Origin: Bacilli bacterium | GTDB lineage: Bacteria > Bacillota_I > Bacilli_A > RFN20 > UBA1709 | Length of the DNA: 64,000 nucleotides | Assembly: GCA_050949315.1 (NCBI GenBank) | Contig: JBMNFL010000001.1 | Coordinates: 642,043-706,042 of the forward strand | Direction: 5' to 3' | In this document: positions 27,026-36,603 of the stretch, piece by piece | How the letters are laid out: the number at the start of each line of letters is the position of its first letter | Position numbering within the stretch: position 1 is the first letter of the stretch | Notes under the pieces: generated by a model | Databases searched by the model: none | What the model saw: only the letters and a program-made list of their open reading frames with translations | What the model was told of the DNA's origin: nothing | Program-made: the position numbers and the translations under genes

Positions 27026-27445
27026 TTATTTATGACCAGACGTCTCTTTAAAATATTTAGCTCTTTCAGCTAAAACTTCATCTTCTTTTTGTAATTTTAA
27101 TGTAACATTATGGGCTTTGGTCTTCCCTTTTTCATCAACATAGACATAAGAAACATAACCACTAACAATGACTTCATTATCAACTTTGAACTCAATGTGA
27201 ACCATAAAACTGCTGTTTCCTACTAGGACTATTTTACCAGTAGCCTCAATTAAACCACCGAGCTTAATTGGCTTGCGATAACGCATCTCGTGAACATTGA
27301 CACAAACAATGCCCTCCGCTGGTACGTGTTGAGCGACTGTCATTAAACCTGTTTCAACAAACCACTCAGCGGCTCGACCAGCAAATAAAGTGCCGTGATG
27401 ATTTAAGTCTTCGCTTTTAACAAATCTGTAAGTTGTGAATTTCAT
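27026..27445 (-). CDS. Acyl-CoA thioesterase (hotdog fold)
   Basis: NHHGTLFAGR motif typical of hotdog acyl-CoA hydrolases. 139 aa. Confidence 0.7.
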   Translation of the reverse strand: MKFTTYRFVKSEDLNHHGTLFAGRAAEWFVETGLMTVAQHVPAEGIVCVNVHEMRYRKPIKLGGLIEATGKIVLVGNSSFMVHIEFKVDNEVIVSGYVSYVYVDEKGKTKAHNVTLKLQKEDEVLAERAKYFKETSGHK

Positions 27446-28398
27446 TTTCCTTGCTCCCCCTTGATAATCTTTTCTAACTCTAAGATGTCTTCATAATTTT
27501 GAACAGAAAAGGTTTGTGCTTTCCCATTTAAACTTTCAATAATCTCTTGATTGTACCTACTGAGACTACGCCCTGGACCAACTTCTACAATTAATTCTAC
27601 ACCTTGCTTGAGCATTTCACTAACACTTTCTTCCCAACGAACAGGATACCAGATATGTTTATCTAATAAATCTTTAACATCCTCGTTGCTTAAACTCTTT
27701 GCTGTCACATTAGGAATAAAAGTACAAACTGGTGGCTTTAGTTGAACATCTTTTAATTCTTTGGCTAAGTTAGTCCCGGCATTTTTTAGTAAACTTGTGT
27801 GAAAAGGTGCGCTGACTTTTAGAGGAAATATTTTAGTTGCTCCCGCTTTGAAGGCTAAATCAATTGCCTTATCAACCGCTACTTTGTAACCAGAGATAAT
27901 CAGTTGTTTGGGACTATTATAATTGCTTATTTCTACAAGAGCCTCTTTTTGAGCTTCCTCAACAATATCCATAACTTTTGTCTTATCTAAACCTATGATC
28001 AAGGCCATTTTCCCAACACCAACCGCCACTTCAGCTTGGATAAGCGGACCTCGTTTAATAACTAAGTTGAGACTATCTTGAAAGTCCATGATGCCTGCGC
28101 AAACCAGAGCCGCATATTCTCCCAAACTAAAACCCGCACAAACATCAGGATAAATTTCCCGCGCCTGTAAACTTCTTAAAAGAGCCACTTCAGTTGTGTG
28201 AATTGTTGGCTGCTGAATAATGGTAGACAATAAACTCTCTTCTGGTCCTTGAAAACAGAGTTTTCTAATCGGCTGACCCGATAGCCTTTCTGCCTCAAGA
28301 TAAACTTCTTGGGCCTTTTTTTCGTTTTTGTAAAAATCGGCTCCCATCCCCACATATTGGGTCCCTTGACCAGGAAAAACAAAGGCTATTTTTTTCAT
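27442..28398 (-). CDS. fabD: Malonyl-CoA:ACP transacylase
   Basis: FVFPGQGTQYVGMG and GFSLGEYAAL (active-site Ser). ATGA overlap with the thioesterase gene. Confidence 0.85.
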   Translation of the reverse strand: MKKIAFVFPGQGTQYVGMGADFYKNEKKAQEVYLEAERLSGQPIRKLCFQGPEESLLSTIIQQPTIHTTEVALLRSLQAREIYPDVCAGFSLGEYAALVCAGIMDFQDSLNLVIKRGPLIQAEVAVGVGKMALIIGLDKTKVMDIVEEAQKEALVEISNYNSPKQLIISGYKVAVDKAIDLAFKAGATKIFPLKVSAPFHTSLLKNAGTNLAKELKDVQLKPPVCTFIPNVTAKSLSNEDVKDLLDKHIWYPVRWEESVSEMLKQGVELIVEVGPGRSLSRYNQEIIESLNGKAQTFSVQNYEDILELEKIIKGEQGK

Positions 28399-28444
28399 TT
28401 AGTTCCTCCTTTTAAAAAATTAAGACTGGGTGCCCAGTCTATAA

Positions 28445-29368
28445 TTATTCGTCATCATCAAAATAGGCTGAAGCTTTAGCAATCTTGGTGATTTTTCCAC
28501 CCGTTAAGATTACCATTTTAACCGCCTGCAAAGAAAAATCATCAACTTCGATCTCTAAAGGTTTATTTAAACTTCCTCGAGCCAATAATTTAACTGTCGA
28601 AACATTAGCTGCTACCAATTTATGCGATTTTAGACTCTCAAGATTGACAACATCGTGGGCTTTAAATTTTCTAGAAAGGGTATCGATGTTAACAATAGCT
28701 TTTTTACCGCTCCCTTTTTTATCTTCTTTTTTCCTATAAACAAACTTGACCACTTCTTCATTTGAGATAAGAGTATCAACCTCTGAGGCTTGAACTTCTT
28801 CTTTTAAACTTATTTTATTTTCCTGCGCTGGTTCAACTGCGATTGGTATTTCTTCTTGTTCAACCTCTTGAACTCTATCCACTGGTTTATAGGCTGAGAG
28901 ACATTTAATTAAACCCGCCTCTTCTAATTTTTCTTGACTTTGATAAGGTAGTGAATAATCTATATTTTGCTCCTTACCAAATACTAAACCATACTTAGCC
29001 ACTACTAAATCAAAACACTTTTTGGCGTAACCAAGTTTTCTTGGACTTTTTATCCTAATCATCAATGGGGTTTTAACAAATTTTTTGCCATTGACTCTTT
29101 CTAAACGATATTTTCTTTCAATACCCTCATCACTCTCATCTAAAGCAAAATAGGCCACTAGTGTTTTCCCACGAATTCCTAGTTTAGCAACCGGTTTTCT
29201 ATTACCCTTAATGGACTCATAATACCAGGCCATTTCCGCTCTAGTATTTTTATAAGAAAGCATATAATTTTTTATGCTGTTATAATACTCCATAGTTTGT
29301 TCATCAGCTTGAATTAGTTTAGCGGTCATGCTTTGACGACGGCTGGTTAAATTAACATATCTTCCCAT
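28445..29368 (-). CDS. Hypothetical protein with C-terminal region resembling the uL15 fold
   Basis: C-terminus ..VNLESLKSHKLVAANVSTVKLLARGSLNKPLEIEVDDFSLQAVKMVILTGGKI follows the uL15 C-terminal pattern. N-terminal 200 aa unassigned. Confidence 0.35.
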   Translation of the reverse strand: MGRYVNLTSRRQSMTAKLIQADEQTMEYYNSIKNYMLSYKNTRAEMAWYYESIKGNRKPVAKLGIRGKTLVAYFALDESDEGIERKYRLERVNGKKFVKTPLMIRIKSPRKLGYAKKCFDLVVAKYGLVFGKEQNIDYSLPYQSQEKLEEAGLIKCLSAYKPVDRVQEVEQEEIPIAVEPAQENKISLKEEVQASEVDTLISNEEVVKFVYRKKEDKKGSGKKAIVNIDTLSRKFKAHDVVNLESLKSHKLVAANVSTVKLLARGSLNKPLEIEVDDFSLQAVKMVILTGGKITKIAKASAYFDDDE

Positions 29369-29463
29369 CTTCTTTTTTCCTTTCTAAAATACTACCTGTA
29401 TTATGTTAACACAATTGCCAATTAAAAGTTAAATTATTTTTGCCTTTTTGATTACTGTCTTTA

Positions 29464-30984
29464 TTATTTTTTAATCTGATACCAGCATTTGCTTTCCTTA
29501 ATGCCACCATCTTTGATAATTCTTTGCCTATATATTTCTTGGGCGCTTAAAGGAAATTCACGGATAATTTCACAATCTTCATACATCGTATATTCCCCAC
29601 CCCCAACAGCTCGATAATTATTCAAAGCTAAACTGAGTTTATCTGTAGCTTGAATGTCTTTTCCTTTAAACTTCATAGACGTTATTCTCTCACCTATTGG
29701 TTTGTTTATATCAATGACATAATCAAGGCCAACAAAGACATCGTAATTATAATATTCCACTTTGGGTTTAAGGAAGGCTTCACCTACCTGATATTTTCCA
29801 TCTTGTTTATCAAAAAAGGCGGCACAGCGCTCCAAAGCGGCCTTTAACTTTGCGCCCGTAACCGAAATCACCATAAAGGTGTTAGGATAGATAAAATTAG
29901 AAAAAATATCGCGCTGGGTGATAAGACCTTTAAAGCCTGGGGCTGAATTGTTCAAAGAAGAGGCGGCGATATCTGCTCCTGTGTAGTCAAGAATCACTTG
30001 TCCTAAATAATCAAAAAGGGGATTTTGATTGAGACGTGCTTGGAATTGATCTTTAATGGCATAGCGTTCATCACAAGTTCCTAAAGGTTTACTTAATTCA
30101 ATCTCTACTCTTTCCGCCCAAACTTCCAATTCATCAGACACTTGATAGTTTTTAGAATAATGACAAGGAACAATTTGTCCTTTTTTACTTGTTAATTCCC
30201 ACTTACCTTCAATCCTGGTGAACTCTAAATCAACTCTTCCTAGTTCTTTACCCGAGTCCCTGATCTCCATTGTTAAAGTATTATTGAGAATATGTGGCCC
30301 AAAACGCTGATGTTGATGGCCGCATAATAAAACATCAATATCTAATTCGCTAGCAATTTGATAACCTTCATTTTCTAAAGTATCACGTCCAATTTTTTGA
30401 CCGGTTTTCAAATCCCTTTCAAAGCCTCCATGATATAAAACCACCAAAACATCACATTGAGTTTTAACCTTAGGTACTATTTCTTTTAAATATTCATAGG
30501 CATCGTGAATCTCTAAACCCTTTAGATTTTCTGGATGTTCCCAGTGTGGCAAATGTTGAGTGACGACACCAATAATTCCTACTTTAATTTCGTTAATTTC
30601 TCTAATAACATACTTTTGATAAGGAAGACCTTCAATATTGGCGCAGAGCGTTTGAGCGTCCATTAGCTCAAAGAAACGCTTTTGAGCTTTGAGACCATAA
30701 TTAAAGTCGTGATTGCCAATATTTAAATAATCATATTTTAATTCGTTGTACGCCAGATTTAAGGGCGCGGGCTCATCCATAGAAGAAGCAAGCCAAAGAT
30801 CCATCAATGGTGTTCCCTGCATTAAATCACCATTATCGAGAAGTAAATAAGGATTTTTAATTTTTTTAAGGTAATCTTTTAACCACAGAATGCCTCTTTC
30901 TGACCAACTATTACTCACATAATCAATCGGAAATAAGGCGCCATGAATATCACTTGTATAAATTAAACTTAGACACTTATTCAC
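29464..30984 (-). CDS. Bifunctional metallophosphoesterase / 5'-nucleotidase (2',3'-cyclic-nucleotide phosphodiesterase family), no signal peptide
   Basis: SDIHG, GNHDF, GHQH metallophosphatase motifs plus 5'-nucleotidase C-terminal domain. 506 aa. Confidence 0.75.
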   Translation of the reverse strand: MNKCLSLIYTSDIHGALFPIDYVSNSWSERGILWLKDYLKKIKNPYLLLDNGDLMQGTPLMDLWLASSMDEPAPLNLAYNELKYDYLNIGNHDFNYGLKAQKRFFELMDAQTLCANIEGLPYQKYVIREINEIKVGIIGVVTQHLPHWEHPENLKGLEIHDAYEYLKEIVPKVKTQCDVLVVLYHGGFERDLKTGQKIGRDTLENEGYQIASELDIDVLLCGHQHQRFGPHILNNTLTMEIRDSGKELGRVDLEFTRIEGKWELTSKKGQIVPCHYSKNYQVSDELEVWAERVEIELSKPLGTCDERYAIKDQFQARLNQNPLFDYLGQVILDYTGADIAASSLNNSAPGFKGLITQRDIFSNFIYPNTFMVISVTGAKLKAALERCAAFFDKQDGKYQVGEAFLKPKVEYYNYDVFVGLDYVIDINKPIGERITSMKFKGKDIQATDKLSLALNNYRAVGGGEYTMYEDCEIIREFPLSAQEIYRQRIIKDGGIKESKCWYQIKK

Positions 30985-31099
30985 AATTCCCTTGCTCCTT
31001 TCACGTCTTTTTTATTTTAACATTTTTTAGGCATTTTAAAAAGACTTTCATTTGCTCTTATTGTCCTTGTAAAAGAAGGGCTTATGTGGTTAAATTATG

Positions 31100-31281
31100 G
31101 GTGGACAAATATTACTTTGCTGAGTTGTATAGTTAATCGTAGATGGTGATTATGTTTCTATCCCTCAACCTTAGAGGGACTACACTCAAAAGTTGTCGTT
31201 TTTAGAGTGATACGATTAAACCGAGGCTCAACAGGTATATGCGTCTCGGTTTTTTACTCATTAAATGAAAGGAGAACTTAA
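31100..31281 (+). promoter_or_regulatory. Structured 5' leader of phnD with two short hairpins and a terminator-like hairpin directly before the RBS (candidate riboswitch/attenuator)
   Basis: CCCTC..GAGGG (31164-31180) and CACTC..GAGTG hairpins, then the terminator at 31218-31255. Confidence 0.4.
31218..31255 (+). terminator. Leader terminator/attenuator hairpin (aaaccgag-N19-ctcggttt + TTTTTT) 27 nt upstream of phnD ATG
   Basis: 8-bp stem followed by T6, then AAAGGAGAA RBS. Confidence 0.45.
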
Positions 31282-32316
31282 ATGAGAAAACTATTCAAAC
31301 TCGCAGCCGCGGTTCTGGCACTCGGTTGCGCCATAGGTGTGGCTTCCTGTGGTGGGAAAGATGAGAAACTTATCAAAATTCAATTTATTCCCTCTCAAGA
31401 TGCTTCGATTATCAATACTCAAGCACCTAAGCTCGAAAAACTTTTAGAAGAGCGTATGCCAGGTTATAAATTCGAAATTAAGGTCGGTACCGACTACACC
31501 GCCGTTGTCAACGCCATGTTAGCTGGTCAATGTGACGTTGGCTTTTTAAGTGCTCAACAGTATGCCCAAGTCTCGGTTGAAAACCCAGGGAAGGTTGAGC
31601 CAATCCTAACGTCTGTTAGATCGGCCTATCAGGTTCAAATTGACTACCAAGGTGATGTTGAAAATCAAATAAAAGCCATGAATGGCGAAATCACCGACTA
31701 TGAATACTTAGGTCAACAAGCCGAGCAATCAGTTACCTACTACAATTCAATTTGTATCACTATGAGAGATAGCGGAATTAACTCTGTCACTGATTTAGCT
31801 GGTAAGAAAGTCGCCACCCAAAAGACTTCTTCTGGTGCTGGTTATGTTTACCCGGCAGTCTTACTCAACAAGAACAATTTAAAATTCGTTACCACCACTC
31901 CTGATGCGAGCAAAGGCGAGGTTCAGGCTGTAACCCAAAACGGTTATCCTGCTGCTGTTTCTGCCGTCTTAAGTGGTGACGTCGATGCCGCATGGCTCTT
32001 CATCGATGTTCGTTATACCGCTTTCTACAACAACAAGGATAGTGAGTACTATCAAAATGCTGAAATCTTTACCAAAACTAAAGTTATCGCCTTGTCCGAT
32101 GGTATTTATAACGATACAATCTCTGTTGTCTCCACTATGAAAGATGAGGTTAAAGCCCAATTACAAAATGCTTTCCTCGCTTTAGTTAACGATGAAGGTG
32201 AAGGCGCTGAAGCCCTATACAAGATCTATTCTCACAAAGGTTACAAATTAGCTACCGATGAAGATTATGCTGGCGAAAGAGACGTCTACAACTTCAAGAA
32301 AGAACATCTTAATTAA
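31282..32316 (+). CDS. phnD: Phosphonate/phosphite/phosphate ABC transporter substrate-binding lipoprotein (PhnD family)
   Basis: Signal peptide with lipobox GVASC. PhnD-like fold. Operon with phnC/phnE. Confidence 0.75.
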   Translation: MRKLFKLAAAVLALGCAIGVASCGGKDEKLIKIQFIPSQDASIINTQAPKLEKLLEERMPGYKFEIKVGTDYTAVVNAMLAGQCDVGFLSAQQYAQVSVENPGKVEPILTSVRSAYQVQIDYQGDVENQIKAMNGEITDYEYLGQQAEQSVTYYNSICITMRDSGINSVTDLAGKKVATQKTSSGAGYVYPAVLLNKNNLKFVTTTPDASKGEVQAVTQNGYPAAVSAVLSGDVDAAWLFIDVRYTAFYNNKDSEYYQNAEIFTKTKVIALSDGIYNDTISVVSTMKDEVKAQLQNAFLALVNDEGEGAEALYKIYSHKGYKLATDEDYAGERDVYNFKKEHLN

Positions 32317-32352
32317 TTAAAGAACTATTAATTTTTAGAAAAAGAATGCACT

Positions 32353-33141
32353 ATGATTAAATTTATAAATGTCGGAAAAACATACCCCAATGGCTTTCAA
32401 GCACTACGTGCTGTTAATTTAGAGATTCACGATGGGGAATTTGTCGCAATTATAGGTTTATCTGGCGCTGGAAAGTCAACACTTTTAAGAACCATTAATA
32501 AAATGCACCCCATTACCACGGGTGAACTTTATGTAAACGACAGCGATATTTCTAAACTAAAAGGACGAAAATTGCGCCTAGTAAGAAGAAATATTGGCAT
32601 GATTTTCCAATCATTTAACCTAGTTAAACGTTCTTCAGTGTTGAACAATGTTTTAGCAGGTAGGGTGGCTTACCACTCTACCTTTGTTTCCTTGTTTAAC
32701 CTTTTCCCCGCCAAGGATAAACTACTTGCGCTTCAATGTTTAGATAAAATGGGAATTTTAGACAAAGCCTTTGTTCGTGCCGATCAATTGTCCGGTGGTC
32801 AACAACAAAGAGTAGCTTTAGCACGTGCTTTGGCTCAAGAACCTAAAATTATATTAGCTGATGAGCCCGTTGCTTCACTTGACCCCATTACCACAATTGC
32901 GGTTATGAATGACTTTAAGCGCATTAATGAGGATATGGGAATTACCATCATCGCTAATATGCATCATGTTGACTTAGCCTTACAATATGCTCGTCGTATC
33001 ATTGGCATCAAAGCCGGCGAAATTGTCTATGATGGTCCTAGTAGTGAAGTTAATGAGGAAATTCTTATTTCCATCTATGGTCGTGCACTAAAAGAAGGCG
33101 AAATTTTAGGAAATGTTGAGGAAAACAACGAAAAGAAATGA
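32353..33141 (+). CDS. phnC: Phosphonate ABC transporter ATP-binding protein
   Basis: GLSGAGKSTLLR Walker A, LSGGQQQRVALARAL. Confidence 0.85.
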   Translation: MIKFINVGKTYPNGFQALRAVNLEIHDGEFVAIIGLSGAGKSTLLRTINKMHPITTGELYVNDSDISKLKGRKLRLVRRNIGMIFQSFNLVKRSSVLNNVLAGRVAYHSTFVSLFNLFPAKDKLLALQCLDKMGILDKAFVRADQLSGGQQQRVALARALAQEPKIILADEPVASLDPITTIAVMNDFKRINEDMGITIIANMHHVDLALQYARRIIGIKAGEIVYDGPSSEVNEEILISIYGRALKEGEILGNVEENNEKK

Positions 33142-34001
33142 ATAGCAAAGTAGAATCTCGTTCCCTCTTACAAAAGATTTTTGGCAAAAAAAGCTATATT
33201 GTCAATGGGAAAACAATAGTAAAACCTCGTAGCAAAACTCCATTGATTGTTTTAATCTGTTTAGCGGTTTTTATTTTCTTTTGGCAATTTATTCCCACCA
33301 AAAATTTAACCCTTAAATTTGACCAACTTACCGTCTTAATTAAAAAAATGTTTGATCCTTCTTCTGGTAAAAGCCAAACTTGGGATGGTTGGTTTAGTTA
33401 TATGTGGGAATTAAGACGTTCGGTTGGTGAAACATTAAAAATGGTTTTAATTGGAACGTTGGCCGGTGCTGTTATTGCTCTGCCCTTTTCTATTATTGCC
33501 GCCCAAAATGTTAGCCGAAAGGTTTGGCTTTATCAGCCGGTTCGGCTATTTGTTAATTTTATACGGACCATTCCAACTGTCGTACTGGCAGTAGTGGCCA
33601 TGTTCTTTTGTGGTCTTGGAGCTCTCCCTGGTATTGTTTCAATTACCATTTTCTCTTTTGGTCTTTTAACCAAAATGCTCTATGAAATTATTGAAACCGT
33701 TGATATGGGACCTTTTGAAGCTTTAGAGGCTAATGGAGCCAACAAACTCCAAGCTTTTAAAATGGCCATTGTTCCCCAATTATTGCCTGTTTTCCTCGGC
33801 TATTTTATCTATACATTTGAAATTAATGTCCGTGCCTCAGTCATTCTTGGCTATGTAGGTGCGGGTGGTATTGGTGCAGAATTGGATAACGCCATGTCCA
33901 ACATGTATTATGACCATGTCGGAGCCGTGGTGGTTGTTCTTTTCTTCTTAGTTTTAATCATTCAAGGTTTAACTAGTTACATTCGAGGTAAGTTAGCATG
34001 A
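33138..34001 (+). CDS. phnE: Phosphonate ABC transporter permease
   Basis: PhnE/BPD permease. Overlaps phnC by 4 nt. Confidence 0.8.
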   Translation: MNSKVESRSLLQKIFGKKSYIVNGKTIVKPRSKTPLIVLICLAVFIFFWQFIPTKNLTLKFDQLTVLIKKMFDPSSGKSQTWDGWFSYMWELRRSVGETLKMVLIGTLAGAVIALPFSIIAAQNVSRKVWLYQPVRLFVNFIRTIPTVVLAVVAMFFCGLGALPGIVSITIFSFGLLTKMLYEIIETVDMGPFEALEANGANKLQAFKMAIVPQLLPVFLGYFIYTFEINVRASVILGYVGAGGIGAELDNAMSNMYYDHVGAVVVVLFFLVLIIQGLTSYIRGKLA

Positions 34002-34840
34002 AATTAAAAAAGCCAAAAATTGACCCTTTGAATTTAACTGTCGAAAATGTCTATAAAAACAGACCTAGAAGATGGATTTTTAACCTTGCTCTAGTTCTCT
34101 TCTTTTTGGTTTTGATTATTTATTCTTGGAGTACTTTGGGCATTGATGTCAAAGATCGAGACTTTATGAAATCCTTAGTTGTTATGGCTAAAGGCTTTGC
34201 TAACCCCAATGTTGATTTCTTATTAGGTCGCGGAGACTTTGCTGGTGAGTCTGGTGTTCCTTATCTTATTCTTCAAACTATCGCCATCGCTTTTGTTGGC
34301 ACACTTATTGGTGCTATCCTTGCTGTTCCCTTTGGTTTTTTAACCGCCCGTAACGTTGTTGGAAAGTATTCAAAAATCGGTGAAATCCTTTTAATTATCA
34401 TCAGAACTTTTCCAGAGATTTTACTGGCTTTAGTTTTAGTTAGGTTCAGTGGCACCGGAGCCTTCACGGGCACGATGGCAGTTGGTATACACTCAATTGG
34501 TATGATTGGCAAACTCTATGCTGAATCAATTGAAAACATTGATCCAGGCCCCATTGAAGCCTTGGATGCTTGTGGTAGCAATACTTTTACTAGAATCAGT
34601 AAAGCGATTATGCCACAGGTCTTCCCCGATTTTATGTCAACCGTTCTTTATCGTTTTGATATCAACATTCGAACCGCTACTGTTCTTGGCGTCGTCGCCG
34701 CGGGCGGTATTGGTGCCCCCATGACTTTTGCTATCTCAGGCTGGTATTGGTCAGATCTAAGTTCAATCCTCATTGCCATCATTATCATGGTTGTGGTTGT
34801 TGATATTGTTTCTAGTCTCTTAAGAAAAAAATTATTATAA
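33998..34840 (+). CDS. phnE: Phosphonate ABC transporter permease (second)
   Basis: Paralogous PhnE. 4-nt overlap with the first phnE. Confidence 0.8.
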   Translation: MKLKKPKIDPLNLTVENVYKNRPRRWIFNLALVLFFLVLIIYSWSTLGIDVKDRDFMKSLVVMAKGFANPNVDFLLGRGDFAGESGVPYLILQTIAIAFVGTLIGAILAVPFGFLTARNVVGKYSKIGEILLIIIRTFPEILLALVLVRFSGTGAFTGTMAVGIHSIGMIGKLYAESIENIDPGPIEALDACGSNTFTRISKAIMPQVFPDFMSTVLYRFDINIRTATVLGVVAAGGIGAPMTFAISGWYWSDLSSILIAIIIMVVVVDIVSSLLRKKLL

Positions 34841-34856
34841 GTTGCTTATTTAAAAT

Positions 34857-34892
34857 AAAGGATTTACCACAAGGTGAGGTAAATCCTTTTTC
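34857..34892. terminator. Bidirectional terminator between phnE (+) and macro-domain gene (-)
   Basis: aaaggatttacc-acaaggtga-ggtaaatccttt flanked by A-run and T-run. Confidence 0.65.
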
Positions 34893-34898
34893 TTGTTC

Positions 34899-35717
34899 CT
34901 AGAAGAGTTTGTTTTTATAATGTTCTCTATCTAGATCTTTATAAACATTAAAGATGATACGCTCTATTTTATCAGCATGGTCATCCAACCAATCATTGAC
35001 CGCTTTTACGGCAATTTCAGCCGCTCTTTGGTTAGGAAAAGAAAATTCCCCGGTTGAAAGACAACAGAAAGCAACTGATTGTAAACCTTCTTCTACACAA
35101 AGATTAAGACTGTTTAAATAACAATTTCTCAAATCTTCTTCATGCTTGCTGGTTAACCTTCCCTCAACAATTGGTCCAACAATATGGATTATCTTTTGGG
35201 CTGGTAAATTATAGGCTGGAGTCATTAAAGGAATTGCGACCTTTTGATTATAAGAAGGACCAAATTGTTCTTTCAATTTCTGCATTTTTAAATAACAGGC
35301 CCTTCTTAGTTCTACTCCCGCATAAGTGTGAATAGCGTTATCAACACAGTAATGTAAGGGGATAAAACAGCCGAGCATCTGCGAATTGGCGGCATTGACT
35401 AAGGCCGCACAGTTAAGTCTAGTTATATCGCCTTGCCAAAGAGAGATTTTAGACCCCCATTTTTGATTGCTTCCTTCTTCTTTAATCGTCGGTATTTTTT
35501 TATAATCAACAATCCCTCGCTCCTTGTTGCGAGCTTTTAGATACTCATCTTGAACTTTTAAAATTTCGCTTGCCATCTCTAAAGGTGGGCGAACATTCAT
35601 TAGGGATCTTAGAAAACTTCTTTTTCTTTCTAAATCTAAAAATAGGGGGACTTTTTCTATTCCCGCTTCTTTACTCAATACTTCTAATAAATAATCTAAT
35701 CTCTCTTCTTGGGTCAT
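34899..35717 (-). CDS. Macro-domain protein (ADP-ribose / O-acetyl-ADP-ribose hydrolase family) with ~80-aa N-terminal extension
   Basis: LWQGDITRLNCAALVNAANSQMLG ... IIHIVGPI macro-domain motifs. 272 aa. Confidence 0.7.
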   Translation of the reverse strand: MTQEERLDYLLEVLSKEAGIEKVPLFLDLERKRSFLRSLMNVRPPLEMASEILKVQDEYLKARNKERGIVDYKKIPTIKEEGSNQKWGSKISLWQGDITRLNCAALVNAANSQMLGCFIPLHYCVDNAIHTYAGVELRRACYLKMQKLKEQFGPSYNQKVAIPLMTPAYNLPAQKIIHIVGPIVEGRLTSKHEEDLRNCYLNSLNLCVEEGLQSVAFCCLSTGEFSFPNQRAAEIAVKAVNDWLDDHADKIERIIFNVYKDLDREHYKNKLF

Positions 35718-35732
35718 TAGAATTCCTCCTTA

Positions 35733-36593
35733 TCATAAGAAAAATAAAAGTAAGCCGCCGCCAAATAAAGAGGCAAAATTAGCAACTATAACATAAAACA
35801 CATGGTGACCAACTGATTTATGAGGATAGTTGTACTTTTTTGCTAATCTTTTCATCCCCATTATATAAATTATTGCTTCAGTTAGCAAAACTATAATTTC
35901 ACCTAAAAGAAAAACAAAGATCAAATAAAATATTCCTTGATGATAATTAGTTATATTTAGAAATATATTGAGAATTAATTGAGTTATTATATTCACAACT
36001 AAGATCAACGTTAATTCGTGCTTACGATAAGTAAAAAGCCAGGCTATTGCTAGTTCAATGGCAACAGTAATAAGCATACGACCTAAAAGATTAAGAATCT
36101 CGCTGAGATAATCATAATTTTTAACTATTGTAAGGCTATTATCTTTAATCTCCACCACATAATGTGAATTAAAAGCATATCTTTCTAAAATTTCGGAACC
36201 AATAATAAAAGAATCGTTATCTTCAATATAGACTAAAACTTTAAAAGTTTCTGGTGGATAATAAGACCAGGAAAAATCTTGATTAACACTAACTTCTTGA
36301 AAATGATGAAGATAATAGAAATTACCAGGATCTGAATAAGCGGTAAATTTTTGATCAATAAGACGCAGGGCCTCGTTATCCCAATCACGATATTCTCTAT
36401 CTACACTCCACGGTCCACTACAATCAGTTTTAGAAAGTAAAGTTAAATAACATTTGTCATAATCTAAGGTTTTAACTTTAACAGTAACACTGGGTTTAGG
36501 ACCAACGTCAGCATTAAGAATAATTCTATTATTAGAAGTTAAAAAAACAAGAAGAAGGCCGATGCTTAGTATAAAAAATATTCTTCTTTTCAT
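35733..36593 (-). CDS. Membrane protein: signal peptide, ~170-aa extracytoplasmic domain, C-terminal polytopic TM region
   Basis: MKRRIFFILSIGLLLVFL signal. Four C-terminal hydrophobic helices. Confidence 0.45.
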   Translation of the reverse strand: MKRRIFFILSIGLLLVFLTSNNRIILNADVGPKPSVTVKVKTLDYDKCYLTLLSKTDCSGPWSVDREYRDWDNEALRLIDQKFTAYSDPGNFYYLHHFQEVSVNQDFSWSYYPPETFKVLVYIEDNDSFIIGSEILERYAFNSHYVVEIKDNSLTIVKNYDYLSEILNLLGRMLITVAIELAIAWLFTYRKHELTLILVVNIITQLILNIFLNITNYHQGIFYLIFVFLLGEIIVLLTEAIIYIMGMKRLAKKYNYPHKSVGHHVFYVIVANFASLFGGGLLLFFL

Positions 36594-36603
36594 ATTCGGC
36601 TCT

